From positions 1 to 63,123 of the IMG/VR virus record IMGVR_UViG_3300046096_000179: a DNA stretch of 63,123 nt. The stretch is one strand, 5' to 3'. The notes under the pieces are model-generated. The model was not told the DNA's origin, did not search any database, and saw only the letters and a list, made by a program, of their open reading frames with translations. Positions 27,504 to 36,168 of the stretch are shown here, one piece after another (the first letter of the stretch is position 1; each line of letters starts with the position of its first letter). Made by a program: the position numbers and the translations under genes. Origin of the DNA: a virus (lineage: Duplodnaviria; Heunggongvirae; Uroviricota; Caudoviricetes).

Positions 27504-28631
27504 TCAGATACCGGTGGATGTTCCATCAAGGAACAAATCGGGATTCTTCTTGGCAAATGCCACATAGTCCGGCGTCCGTTCATCCAAGAGCAACATACAG
27601 AGGCTCATGAACTCAGGAAGGTCTTTCTTGGCCTTCAGGGCATAAGACTTCCGCAACAGTTTCTTGTTCTTCTTATGGAACGCCTCAACTGTCTTGATCA
27701 TCTTGTTGTATGCTGGCATCACAGCCGATTCCATATCATCAATCATCTTCAGAGACAATGGGTCGGTTGCAAAGATACTGCGGAGGTCATCCGTAGAGCC
27801 ATCCAAGACACACTCATACAGGCGAGACTTGATCAGGATTGAATCTTTGGCCTTGTGCAGAGTGCTGTATCGGTCATTCTTGACCTTGACCGCATACTTG
27901 GTGCCATCTGATTGTTCCATGATCAGAACATAGCCTTCACCCTCCTGTTCAGCATAGATTGCATCAACAAAGGCTTTCTGGTCATTGCCGGATACTGAAC
28001 ATGGCACAAATCCGGCACGTTGCTCAGGCAGGAATGACATCAGCAGATACATTGAGTTGACATACTGAGTCTGCCCAATCTGGCTGCGGTGATCAACCAT
28101 ACCCAATACCTTCAGTTCAGCAGCGTCATAACCAACAACAATTCGATTGTCTGGGGAAATCCACTCCATATTCACGGTAGAACCATGCAGAGTTGCGCTA
28201 TACACAGCATCACGGAACTTCTTATTGTCCGTCCGATTGATCCACTCGGTAGCGGCAATAGCCTGATCGGAAGCCAATGAGGCGCGGGACTTCATGCATA
28301 GAGTTCCATTGGTGTCCAAGTAGCTGGAGATCAATGACCCGTCCAACTTGACCATTTTCCCAACAATAGTTGATTGGGTATGATCAACTGTGCCTTCTGC
28401 ATAGTTAAAGAACTTCTTGGGGGGCATGCATACCAGTTCCGCATCTTCACCGGACATACGGAACATGGTTCCGCGACAGAACATAGCTCCGGGTTGTTGG
28501 AAATCCGTCCATGAGGCCAGTCGGTAGTCAAAGATGCGATATGTTGCTCCATCGGAACCCGTATGATCCTTGAAGGAGAATGCATCGTTGGATGCACAGA
28601 GAGTCATTAGTGTCTGGTATAGTTCAGTCAT
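27504..28631 (-). CDS. rnlA: RNA ligase 1
   Basis: YRIFDYRLAS, CRGTMF, PPKKFFN, adenylation motif KLDGSLIS, EGEGYV, VKVKN; start MTELYQ. Confidence 0.9.
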   Translation of the reverse strand: MTELYQTLMTLCASNDAFSFKDHTGSDGATYRIFDYRLASWTDFQQPGAMFCRGTMFRMSGEDAELVCMPPKKFFNYAEGTVDHTQSTIVGKMVKLDGSLISSYLDTNGTLCMKSRASLASDQAIAATEWINRTDNKKFRDAVYSATLHGSTVNMEWISPDNRIVVGYDAAELKVLGMVDHRSQIGQTQYVNSMYLLMSFLPEQRAGFVPCSVSGNDQKAFVDAIYAEQEGEGYVLIMEQSDGTKYAVKVKNDRYSTLHKAKDSILIKSRLYECVLDGSTDDLRSIFATDPLSLKMIDDMESAVMPAYNKMIKTVEAFHKKNKKLLRKSYALKAKKDLPEFMSLCMLLLDERTPDYVAFAKKNPDLFLDGTSTGI

Positions 28632-28653
28632 GATCAAGTTTCCTTTGTTAGTT

Positions 28654-29535
28654 TCAGCGATTATAATACATCTTCCGACGCGCCCTTGAATAAAGATTGG
28701 CAATATCGGTAGAGAAGCCATAGTCCAGAATTACTGGGTGCTTGTGTCCGGTATGTGGGTGAGTCCAGATGCCCATATTTCTTGGCGACAGGTCTCCGGG
28801 ATGCATACCCATAGAATGCATGGCGTCAATCATGTTGTTTGCATGATCACTGTGAATCAGGTCTGGATGTCCAGACCCATCGTGTCTCTCCCCATGAGCA
28901 GACCGATATTCTGAAAGCATATGCTCCTGAAGTTCTGCATGGGAAATACCCTTCTTGAATCTGGCATCCTTGGTATGCTCACGCAAGTCCTTGGCATTGT
29001 ATGCAGAGCAGTGCCCCATTTCCAAGTAGTGATGGTCTGGGTGTGATTCCATTACTGGAGCCAAGACGCCATTTGGGTTGGTTTCATACTGATTATGCCC
29101 AACTGGAATCAGCATCCCGTATTGACTTTGTGTATATTGATCTGCCTCCAGTTGATTCTGGTGCTCACCAAGGAGCATCGAATCTCCGGTGTATTTGTCC
29201 AGCTTACCGGGGAATGCAATCTTGACCGCCGTTGGCAGATAAGTTTCCTTACCATCAAGGATGATTTTCTTTGGCTCCTTGGGGAAGAATACGGCGCGAC
29301 TGGAACCTTTCTTGGGCTTGTCATCTGCAAATCCGGTGTCCTGACCAGATGCGATCAGGTGACGTGCATGCCGCGCAACTTCATTCAGCTTGGTTGATGC
29401 TCCATGTTCTCGATCCAGAATATCCTGAAGTTCAGCATGGATTGCCTCCGACAGAATTGTCATGTCGCTCTGATAGATCAGGTCTTCATCAAGAGTCGTC
29501 TGTGAGGCAATATTTTTGAATTGATTGAAGTTCAT
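28654..29535 (-). CDS. Protein-kinase-like protein
   Basis: KGSSRAVF glycine loop, AVKIA, helix C Glu, HPGDLSPRNMG catalytic loop, ILDYG; late promoter ATAAGTA at 29566-29572. Confidence 0.75.
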   Translation of the reverse strand: MNFNQFKNIASQTTLDEDLIYQSDMTILSEAIHAELQDILDREHGASTKLNEVARHARHLIASGQDTGFADDKPKKGSSRAVFFPKEPKKIILDGKETYLPTAVKIAFPGKLDKYTGDSMLLGEHQNQLEADQYTQSQYGMLIPVGHNQYETNPNGVLAPVMESHPDHHYLEMGHCSAYNAKDLREHTKDARFKKGISHAELQEHMLSEYRSAHGERHDGSGHPDLIHSDHANNMIDAMHSMGMHPGDLSPRNMGIWTHPHTGHKHPVILDYGFSTDIANLYSRARRKMYYNR

Positions 29536-29553
29536 TTTTTTGTTTCTTACTGC

Positions 29554-29587
29554 GGGGTGATTCTTTACTTATCATCGGAATCACCCC
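29554..29587 (-). promoter_or_regulatory. 10-bp inverted repeat enclosing a late promoter (ATAAGTA)
   Basis: GGGGTGATTC ... GAATCACCCC. Confidence 0.5.
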
Positions 29588-29596
29588 CTCCTGCGG

Positions 29597-29980
29597 TCAT
29601 GCAACTGCATAAGGTTTGTCCCAACGACCAACGGAAATGTCAAAGTAGTATGCGCAGTCAAAATAATCCGACTGAACATCCGATCGATCGTACCAGCCCT
29701 GCCCCTTGATGGCAGAGATCATTTCTCGAATGAATGCCTTGTTCTTTTCGTCAGAGAAATTTGTCTCGAACCAGTAGGGATTGATGTCCATGTAGGTGCC
29801 GATCTGGCGGTCGGTTTTCTTCTGAGCATCGCCAATCAAGTCCAAGGAACCGCTGGACAGAGTGACGCAGAGGGTCATGTGGCTGCGAATGGAGATTGTG
29901 CCCTTCATGCCATACTTTTTCAGAACGGCCTTGATGGCTGGAGTCAGTTTTGCCTTGGTTGCTTGGTCAATGTATGCCAT
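29597..29980 (-). CDS. Conserved phage hypothetical protein (early-type)
   Basis: MAYIDQ..K..L.P.IK.VLKKYG.KGTIS, WYDRSD.Q.DYFD.AYY; upstream TGATACAAT extended -10. Confidence 0.65.
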   Translation of the reverse strand: MAYIDQATKAKLTPAIKAVLKKYGMKGTISIRSHMTLCVTLSSGSLDLIGDAQKKTDRQIGTYMDINPYWFETNFSDEKNKAFIREMISAIKGQGWYDRSDVQSDYFDCAYYFDISVGRWDKPYAVA

Positions 29981-30032
29981 GATGTAGTTCCTATCGGAGT
30001 GGTTGTTGATGGAACGAATTGTATCATGGCAT

Positions 30033-30356
30033 TCAGCGAATGATCTGTTCTTTTTTGATTCCGTTGTTTTCCAGCAACAAGATTCGATTTTCGATATATT
30101 CACCAATCAAGTTCAGTCTGGATTCAATCAGAGACATGCGACCATGAATCTGAGTGATCCAGATGGCAACTTCTTTTTCTGTGGCTGTTGCTGGGTCTGG
30201 TGTCGGAATCTTGTCTGGGGCAGTCAACAGTTCCTTTGGTGGCTCAATGACCATGTATGTCTGCTTGGCGACAACAACCGGAACCTCAACGATGGGGGGT
30301 TTGGTTGCAGCGCATCCAGACAACAAGGCAGTTACCAATAAAATTGCAAGTTTCAT
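30033..30356 (-). CDS. Outer-membrane spanin (Rz1-like lipoprotein)
   Basis: Lipobox LLSGC, Pro-rich PPKELL..P; overlaps the i-spanin stop. Confidence 0.8.
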   Translation of the reverse strand: MKLAILLVTALLSGCAATKPPIVEVPVVVAKQTYMVIEPPKELLTAPDKIPTPDPATATEKEVAIWITQIHGRMSLIESRLNLIGEYIENRILLLENNGIKKEQIIR

Positions 30357-30781
30357 TTTTGATTCCCTTTGATGCCGATCAGAGCCTCTTTCATGAAGTC
30401 ACTGATTGGTTTATCGGTTGCTGCAACAGACTCAATCTTCTGCTGAGTTGCATCAGTCTGCGTCTCAATCTTTTTCTGATTGGTATTGTCTTTCTTGACA
30501 ACAGACTGGTCAAGCCGCTTGGTCTGACGTTGGATTTCTGCTTCTTTCTTGGATGCTTCCAATGCAGCAGTCAGTTCGGTGGTTGCTTTGGTCAGCTTCT
30601 GATTCTGTTCATCTTTTATAACAGATTGTTCTGTTAGTTGCTGAATCTGCTGGTTCAATCCAGAATACTTCCGGTAACCAAAGAATGATGTCAAGATCAG
30701 GAAAACCGCCAACAGGAGTCTCCAATCAGACAAAGCCTTGAATGCTCCCTTGAAGCCAGATAGGAATGAAAGCCAGATCAT
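30353..30781 (-). CDS. Inner-membrane spanin (Rz-like)
   Basis: N-terminal transmembrane segment plus long coiled coil, directly upstream of the lipoprotein. Confidence 0.75.
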   Translation of the reverse strand: MIWLSFLSGFKGAFKALSDWRLLLAVFLILTSFFGYRKYSGLNQQIQQLTEQSVIKDEQNQKLTKATTELTAALEASKKEAEIQRQTKRLDQSVVKKDNTNQKKIETQTDATQQKIESVAATDKPISDFMKEALIGIKGNQK

Positions 30782-30945
30782 TTCTTGTTCCTGTTTTCAA
30801 TCAGGGTTGCTGCATCAAAGAAGGCATCATCCGGGGAAAATGCATTCTCTTTACTGGATTCCTTCAGGATGTCAGCGATGCATGCAATTGGTTCTGCGGT
30901 TTCAACAAAGCCTTCTTCTGGTTCTACGATTTCGTGAAGTCTCAT
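30778..30945 (-). CDS. Small acidic hypothetical protein (55 aa, MRLHEIVEPEEGF...; not in the ORF track)
   Basis: ATGA overlaps with both neighbouring genes. Confidence 0.55.
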   Translation of the reverse strand: MRLHEIVEPEEGFVETAEPIACIADILKESSKENAFSPDDAFFDAATLIENRNKK

Positions 30946-31880
30946 TTTGTGGTCTCCTGTGGGTTTAATTTGTGATGGGATAGGATCAGAACATCCATTT
31001 TCTTGTCTTCTGATTTTCCATACGTGGCATTGAAATGATGTTCTTTATTTTCTGGCGTGACGACGTGCAGTTCCCTGCCATCATGTCGGTAAACATGAGT
31101 TCCATCGGCATGCGCCATGTCAATCAGACGACCCCACATATTATGTCCTCGCTGATATTGCCCGGAGGAACTGACCAGAGGAAGTGGTTGCCTTTTAAAG
31201 TGGGCATATATGAATCGAGTTGCATATCCCTTGGGCAATATGCTGGTATCGGCTACTCGGTCAACGGTGTCCTGAACAATATGTCCATCTTTGTTGTATG
31301 GCGATTTATCAACCTTATTGATGACAGAATAGTGAACGAGTTGCTTTTTGTCATGATTCACACTATTCAAAATATTCTTGGTTCCCTTCACAAGAAGATG
31401 AATATCATGGCCCTCAAAGGAGCAGATTGTTGGTAGTTCTATAGTCTGTGGATACAGATCAGTTGCGTATGTTGGTTTGTGCGCGAATATGGACATTGGT
31501 GTACCCAAATTCCTTGCCATTTCGGACAATGCCAAATATGTCTTGAATGAAATCATTTTTTTCTCCCTGTGGAAAAGTATTCCGGTTTGATCGGCAATGA
31601 TGACCGAATTTACATACCCATGTTCAACGTCAACATAAGCAGAAATGCCATAGTTGTCAATTAAGAAATCATCCCATACGATGGGATACCTTCCCAACCA
31701 CATCGACTTTGAAAACAGATCAAAGATTTCCTTATTTAACTTTGGGTCATTCAGCATATCCGGCGACATATAGTCATCGAACGCCACCCAGACCATGCGA
31801 TGAGTCATGTCAAACCGATAGAGACAATCCAAGAAAACATCATGCCCAAGTCCATGCACAAACCCCTGATAGTCAGCCAT
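30942..31880 (-). CDS. Hypothetical protein with a GNAT-like C-terminal domain; probable internal start at 31556
   Basis: PKGYATRFIY...LVSSSGQYQRGHNMW.RL; internal AGGGAG-AAAAAA-ATG giving MISFKTYLALSE. Confidence 0.55.
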   Translation of the reverse strand: MADYQGFVHGLGHDVFLDCLYRFDMTHRMVWVAFDDYMSPDMLNDPKLNKEIFDLFSKSMWLGRYPIVWDDFLIDNYGISAYVDVEHGYVNSVIIADQTGILFHREKKMISFKTYLALSEMARNLGTPMSIFAHKPTYATDLYPQTIELPTICSFEGHDIHLLVKGTKNILNSVNHDKKQLVHYSVINKVDKSPYNKDGHIVQDTVDRVADTSILPKGYATRFIYAHFKRQPLPLVSSSGQYQRGHNMWGRLIDMAHADGTHVYRHDGRELHVVTPENKEHHFNATYGKSEDKKMDVLILSHHKLNPQETTK

Positions 31881-31883
31881 TGC

Positions 31884-33164
31884 TTACGTCTCCAGCATAT
31901 AGAGTTGTTCTGATGCCCTTGATGCAGCCACATACAGGCACTTGGTTCGGGTCGATGCATCCCGGTTCTTCATGATGTCAGGGGTATCAATAAAGACATG
32001 CTTGAATGTTGACCCCTGCGAACGATGGGATGTGATTGCATATGCATACTTGACCTGATGGAACCTGTCCTTGCATTCCCAGAACTTTCCCCAGATTTTC
32101 TTCTGAGCCATCTCATTCAGATAGACTTCCAAGTCGGCAACCGAATCCTCATGTATGACCCTAAGAATTATTTTATCCCCAGTCTCCATACGAACATCAA
32201 TCTTCCATATTTTGAACTGAGGATACTTGGGGTGTCTATCAACGCTGGCACCCAATACCAAGGCTTCATCATCGGTATTTGCCAAGGACGGTTGGTTATC
32301 ATAATCGGAGTTGACCGGAGCAGTCATGACCAAACGATCCCCCTTGACGAAAGGAACTTCGCTGTTGGTCATCTCAAAGGACTCCCGGATAAACTGGTTC
32401 AGGGTGTCAACCGTGACGTTACGCCATGCAATGGCCTTGGCTGCTCCTGTATGGAAAGCCCCCTTGACCGCCAGAGCCTCAATCGTATCAGCAAAGGAAT
32501 CATCATCCATGATATGAACCTGATCCCCGGTGGACTTGATTGTAGGTCGTGGATTGGCTCTGAGTTGCTGAACCATGGTCAGAATTGAGTTGTCATGACG
32601 CTCAACCTTGGTCAACTCAAAGGAAACCGGATATGCTGACCAGATGGGGGAAACGTCATCGCCAACAGGGGGCAATTGCTCTTTGTCCCCCAGCATGATA
32701 ACCTTGGTTCCAGTAAAGACTGTCTTGCGTTCCAAGTAGGTCAGAACAGTATTGTTCAGCATAGAAGCCTCATCAATCAGAACCAAGTCATATGAACCAG
32801 CATCATTCTGGTCATCCTTACCAACAAGTTCCTTGACAGCACCATTAGGTTCCAATCGAAGCCCCAACAGGGAATAGATGGTCTTGAATGTCAGTCCAGA
32901 AACGGCATCACCAATACTCTCCTTGATAACCTTCAGGGACTTATTGGTCGGGGTAGTGACGGCAATCTTCAGGTCCATTCTAGAAATGGATTCCAAGAAA
33001 TACCGAATGGATGTTGTCTTACCAACACCAGCCTGACCAGAAAGCAGGTATACCAAGTTGGAATCCTTGGTTGATCGAGCGTTGCTCTTGACAAAGGAAG
33101 TCAAGGACTTGATCAGTTCAGATTGATCTTTGTTAAGAATGATGTCTTTTTGTTGTGGAGTCAT
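31884..33164 (-). CDS. dda: Dda-like SF1B DNA helicase
   Basis: LSGQAGVGKT, TTPTNK, LIDEASM, LGDKEQLPPV, YAITSHRSQGSTF, YVAASRA. Confidence 0.92.
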   Translation of the reverse strand: MTPQQKDIILNKDQSELIKSLTSFVKSNARSTKDSNLVYLLSGQAGVGKTTSIRYFLESISRMDLKIAVTTPTNKSLKVIKESIGDAVSGLTFKTIYSLLGLRLEPNGAVKELVGKDDQNDAGSYDLVLIDEASMLNNTVLTYLERKTVFTGTKVIMLGDKEQLPPVGDDVSPIWSAYPVSFELTKVERHDNSILTMVQQLRANPRPTIKSTGDQVHIMDDDSFADTIEALAVKGAFHTGAAKAIAWRNVTVDTLNQFIRESFEMTNSEVPFVKGDRLVMTAPVNSDYDNQPSLANTDDEALVLGASVDRHPKYPQFKIWKIDVRMETGDKIILRVIHEDSVADLEVYLNEMAQKKIWGKFWECKDRFHQVKYAYAITSHRSQGSTFKHVFIDTPDIMKNRDASTRTKCLYVAASRASEQLYMLET

Positions 33165-33844
33165 TTTAAATGAGTCAGCTTATCGGGGTCTACCCGATAC
33201 GTTTTGCTTGTCGTTGGTTTCGGTGGTTGGGCAACGATTCGTTGAGTCTTGGTTGATTTTACCAAGTCACCCGGTAGAGTATAGCATGGTTCATGTCCTG
33301 TGCGTTGGACATCTTCGTTCAAAATCACACAGTCTGGGTTGACCGCAATTTGAGACCCGCCGTAGGGTTGTATAGACCACTCTGCCAGAACCAGATTCTT
33401 CTTATTGCGGTAGGCTTTATTCAGAATAAATCGGTTTGTTGCTGGTTTATTATCAGCAATGATTGCCGCCTCAAGCAACTCTGCTGACTTCCGGGTTCGG
33501 CAGTAGAATGTGTGTTTCAGGGAAAATGACTGTTGACCATCAATCCGCATGATTGCTTCAACTACCTTGGATGATGTAAAGTATCTCCGAAGAACAGAGT
33601 GTGGTTCATCATCGGTATGCACACCAATATAGAAACATCCAGTTCTGCTGTGTTCAATGATATAGACGCAGGTATATTTCCCAACTTCGTTCTTGACTGG
33701 CGTTGTTGATGCATAGTCGTAAATCGTCTTTGCGTCCGTCAGTCTTCGTTTCTTGTCAGCCTTGGCCTTCTTTTTCTTTACCTCGTATACATGCTGTATG
33801 TTATATGTAGCCGCAATCCCTGTATGCCAATCACCTTTTGCCAT
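33161..33844 (-). CDS. GIY-YIG (Seg-like) endonuclease
   Basis: CVYIIEH...FYIGVH, YFTSSK, ELLEA, LNK motifs. Confidence 0.7.
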   Translation of the reverse strand: MAKGDWHTGIAATYNIQHVYEVKKKKAKADKKRRLTDAKTIYDYASTTPVKNEVGKYTCVYIIEHSRTGCFYIGVHTDDEPHSVLRRYFTSSKVVEAIMRIDGQQSFSLKHTFYCRTRKSAELLEAAIIADNKPATNRFILNKAYRNKKNLVLAEWSIQPYGGSQIAVNPDCVILNEDVQRTGHEPCYTLPGDLVKSTKTQRIVAQPPKPTTSKTYRVDPDKLTHLK

Positions 33845-34225
33845 TCTGTATGTTTCCTTTTCTTTCGAGCATAAACGAGCCGTGTGGTGAACTTATAGGT
33901 TTAAAAATAAGAAACCCAATAAGAATCATCCAACACTCGATCAACCCTTGTTTAAAATAAGACGATATGTATGAAATGAACATCAATAAGAAAGAGATGT
34001 TCCATCAATACCTGAGTGAGTCCAAGCCAGATTTAATTCAGAATCGGAATAGACGTTCATACAGGGAGTATACCATAAGCCAACGTAGTAATCGGTAACA
34101 GTATAAATTTCATACAGACCATTCATATAGTACAATTGAATGGGTCGAAGCTCTTGTCCCATTTCCGTATCCATCATTGATGGCCGTACTCGGAACTCAT
34201 CCGTTTTATTTCTGGCAGTTTATCG

Positions 34226-34532
34226 ATCAGGTCTTTTGAACAATCAACCCGTTAAGGCTGATCTATGGCACCCCTGCATATGGCTTGACATTTCCATACA
34301 CTTCCACCTCAAAGTTTCACCACTTTATGAATTGTCGTTTATCTCGGCAGTTGGAGACTGCTCGAACCGGAGGCTCGTTATTTTACCGGCTGCTCTTACT
34401 ATGTTTTCATTGCTTGTCAGGCAAGTTTTTGAATGGATACCATTGTAAGATGTAAAACCATCCATCTGTTTTGACACGAACCCAATGGGGATTCTACGGA
34501 CGCAGAGAAGTGTCACTATCATACGTCCTGAC
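34226..34532 (-). ncRNA. Candidate structured non-coding RNA (unidentified)
   Basis: Follows late promoter CTAAGTA (34536-34542); 5' and 3' ends pair; several internal helices; only weak ORFs. Confidence 0.3.
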
Positions 34533-34704
34533 TTTTACTTAGTGTGAACCAAATCCAAGATTGGATAAATTTGTCGCAAAACACTTTTTACTTTTTGTGT
34601 GGTAATCAAGTAGCATCCCAACACAATGCCTTGTTCCCATCTGAACCAAGACACACATCAAACCATGTTGCTGATCGCATCCGATGTTTTACGTCGAGTT
34701 TCCA

Positions 34705-35439
34705 TCACCCAACAATCGTTTCCCACCTCCGGTTCAGCATCTTCGCATACTCCATGGGTCTGATGCACTTGTCATAGAGTCCGATTGCCCAGAAGTCATT
34801 GACTTCCATCAGAACTGTCTTCTTGTTATCCATGATGGCTACATCCAGAGCATACGGTTCCTGATTGGAGTATGTCTTGATCATCTGGTTGACTCTATCC
34901 ATGTCCGGTGGCTCTGTGTCCCATTCATTCTGGTCATATCTGGCACAACCAATGATTTTCTTCTGGTCGATATAGAACCGCCATTCGGATTGTATTTGAA
35001 TTACATCCGACCACCAGATTGGTTCTGAATCTGATAGGGATACAAACTCACCCAAGGATTCTGGGTCTGGTTGTTGTTCTGGTGACCCATAGACAAATCC
35101 AGTAAAGAGTTTTGTCCTGACCGGTTTGATGAATATGGGCTCCTGTATCCCAATGAGCATTCCCTTGGTGGTCATTCCAAATTTTCGATCAAGGAAGCAT
35201 AGAAGTTCATTCGGATAACTGATCGGCTCTGGTTCTTGAATCGCCATGGCTTTCATGCACTCTCTGAGGAATTCCACGGAGCCGACTGGTGTATATCCTT
35301 GGCACATGGCATCGTTGCAGTCTCCGGTAGAAACTTTTCCTATGGATGCATTCATTACTTGGATGCCATCGCCCATCATGGCGGCATGTCTGATTGTTCT
35401 GACTTCTTCGGTATTGACGTTCTGTAGTAGGAATTTCAT
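34705..35439 (-). CDS. ATP-grasp protein (R2K/DUF4343-like)
   Basis: PVGSVEFL, FIKPV..KLFTG, SEWRFYI, YALDVA, LMEVND; start MKFLLQ just after the Mom-like stop. Confidence 0.75.
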   Translation of the reverse strand: MKFLLQNVNTEEVRTIRHAAMMGDGIQVMNASIGKVSTGDCNDAMCQGYTPVGSVEFLRECMKAMAIQEPEPISYPNELLCFLDRKFGMTTKGMLIGIQEPIFIKPVRTKLFTGFVYGSPEQQPDPESLGEFVSLSDSEPIWWSDVIQIQSEWRFYIDQKKIIGCARYDQNEWDTEPPDMDRVNQMIKTYSNQEPYALDVAIMDNKKTVLMEVNDFWAIGLYDKCIRPMEYAKMLNRRWETIVG

Positions 35440-35443
35440 GGGT

Positions 35444-36115
35444 TTACTCAAACAGGTTTGATTGTTGATTGATTTGGTAGTCAATCCGTTCCCCATCATC
35501 ATACCGGGATTGATTGCATTTTGGATACTCATTCATGACTGGGTAGGTCAGCATCCCAAGCATTCGCTTCTTCTGTTTTGCTGTTCCATTCAGGTAGAAG
35601 TAGCGATGCTTGGGCATTGGAGGAATCATCTGGATTCCATTTTCCTTGGCCCATTTTGTTGGGTTGGTTATGCCTCTGTCCCTTAGAGTCATTGGATGCA
35701 CTCGGTTGCCTTCAATCAGGTAAGCCTTGTCATGACTGATGGTTTTGCCTGTATAGAGCCAGTTGGTGGCCTGATAGATGATGCCGCAGTGGTTCTGTTC
35801 CATGTCGGCATAGCTGACCACTGCTGATGGTTTTGGCAGCAAATTCAGGGCATGGGATACCAAGTAGCTGGAGGCGTTCTTTGTTTTGGACTGCACGACC
35901 AGTCTGGATAGTTCATAGAGTCGGAAGTCTCTGTCGTTGAATGAATGTTTCTGGATGGGCGGTGATGGTTGACCAAAGACACAGACCCCTTCGAGTTTCC
36001 CATCTTCTACCAGACCATATGCGGCCCAGAAGATTGATGCTCGGTGACTGTAGTGCTTGTTCAGGACAAATAGCTCTGCTGTCCGTTTGTCGATCTGGAT
36101 GATGGAAAAATTCAT
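35444..36115 (-). CDS. mom: Mom-like DNA adenine modification enzyme (GNAT fold)
   Basis: KHYSHR, GVCVFGQP, YELSRLV, VVSYAD.EQNHCGIIYQATNWLYTG, KHRY.Y. Confidence 0.8.
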   Translation of the reverse strand: MNFSIIQIDKRTAELFVLNKHYSHRASIFWAAYGLVEDGKLEGVCVFGQPSPPIQKHSFNDRDFRLYELSRLVVQSKTKNASSYLVSHALNLLPKPSAVVSYADMEQNHCGIIYQATNWLYTGKTISHDKAYLIEGNRVHPMTLRDRGITNPTKWAKENGIQMIPPMPKHRYFYLNGTAKQKKRMLGMLTYPVMNEYPKCNQSRYDDGERIDYQINQQSNLFE

Positions 36116-36168
36116 TGGGTGGGCTAAATAAGGGAACCGTTACTTTTCTTTAGATTTGTGAATTCCAA

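Noticed and set aside
34300-34400. tmRNA resemblance (AACU-GCC-GAG-AUA-AAC-GAC-AAU reading AEINDNS-stop, nearby GGUUCGA)
   Set aside because: No pairing T-stem, no acceptor stem or CCA end, and the tag lacks the terminal Ala-Ala; kept only as an unidentified RNA candidate.
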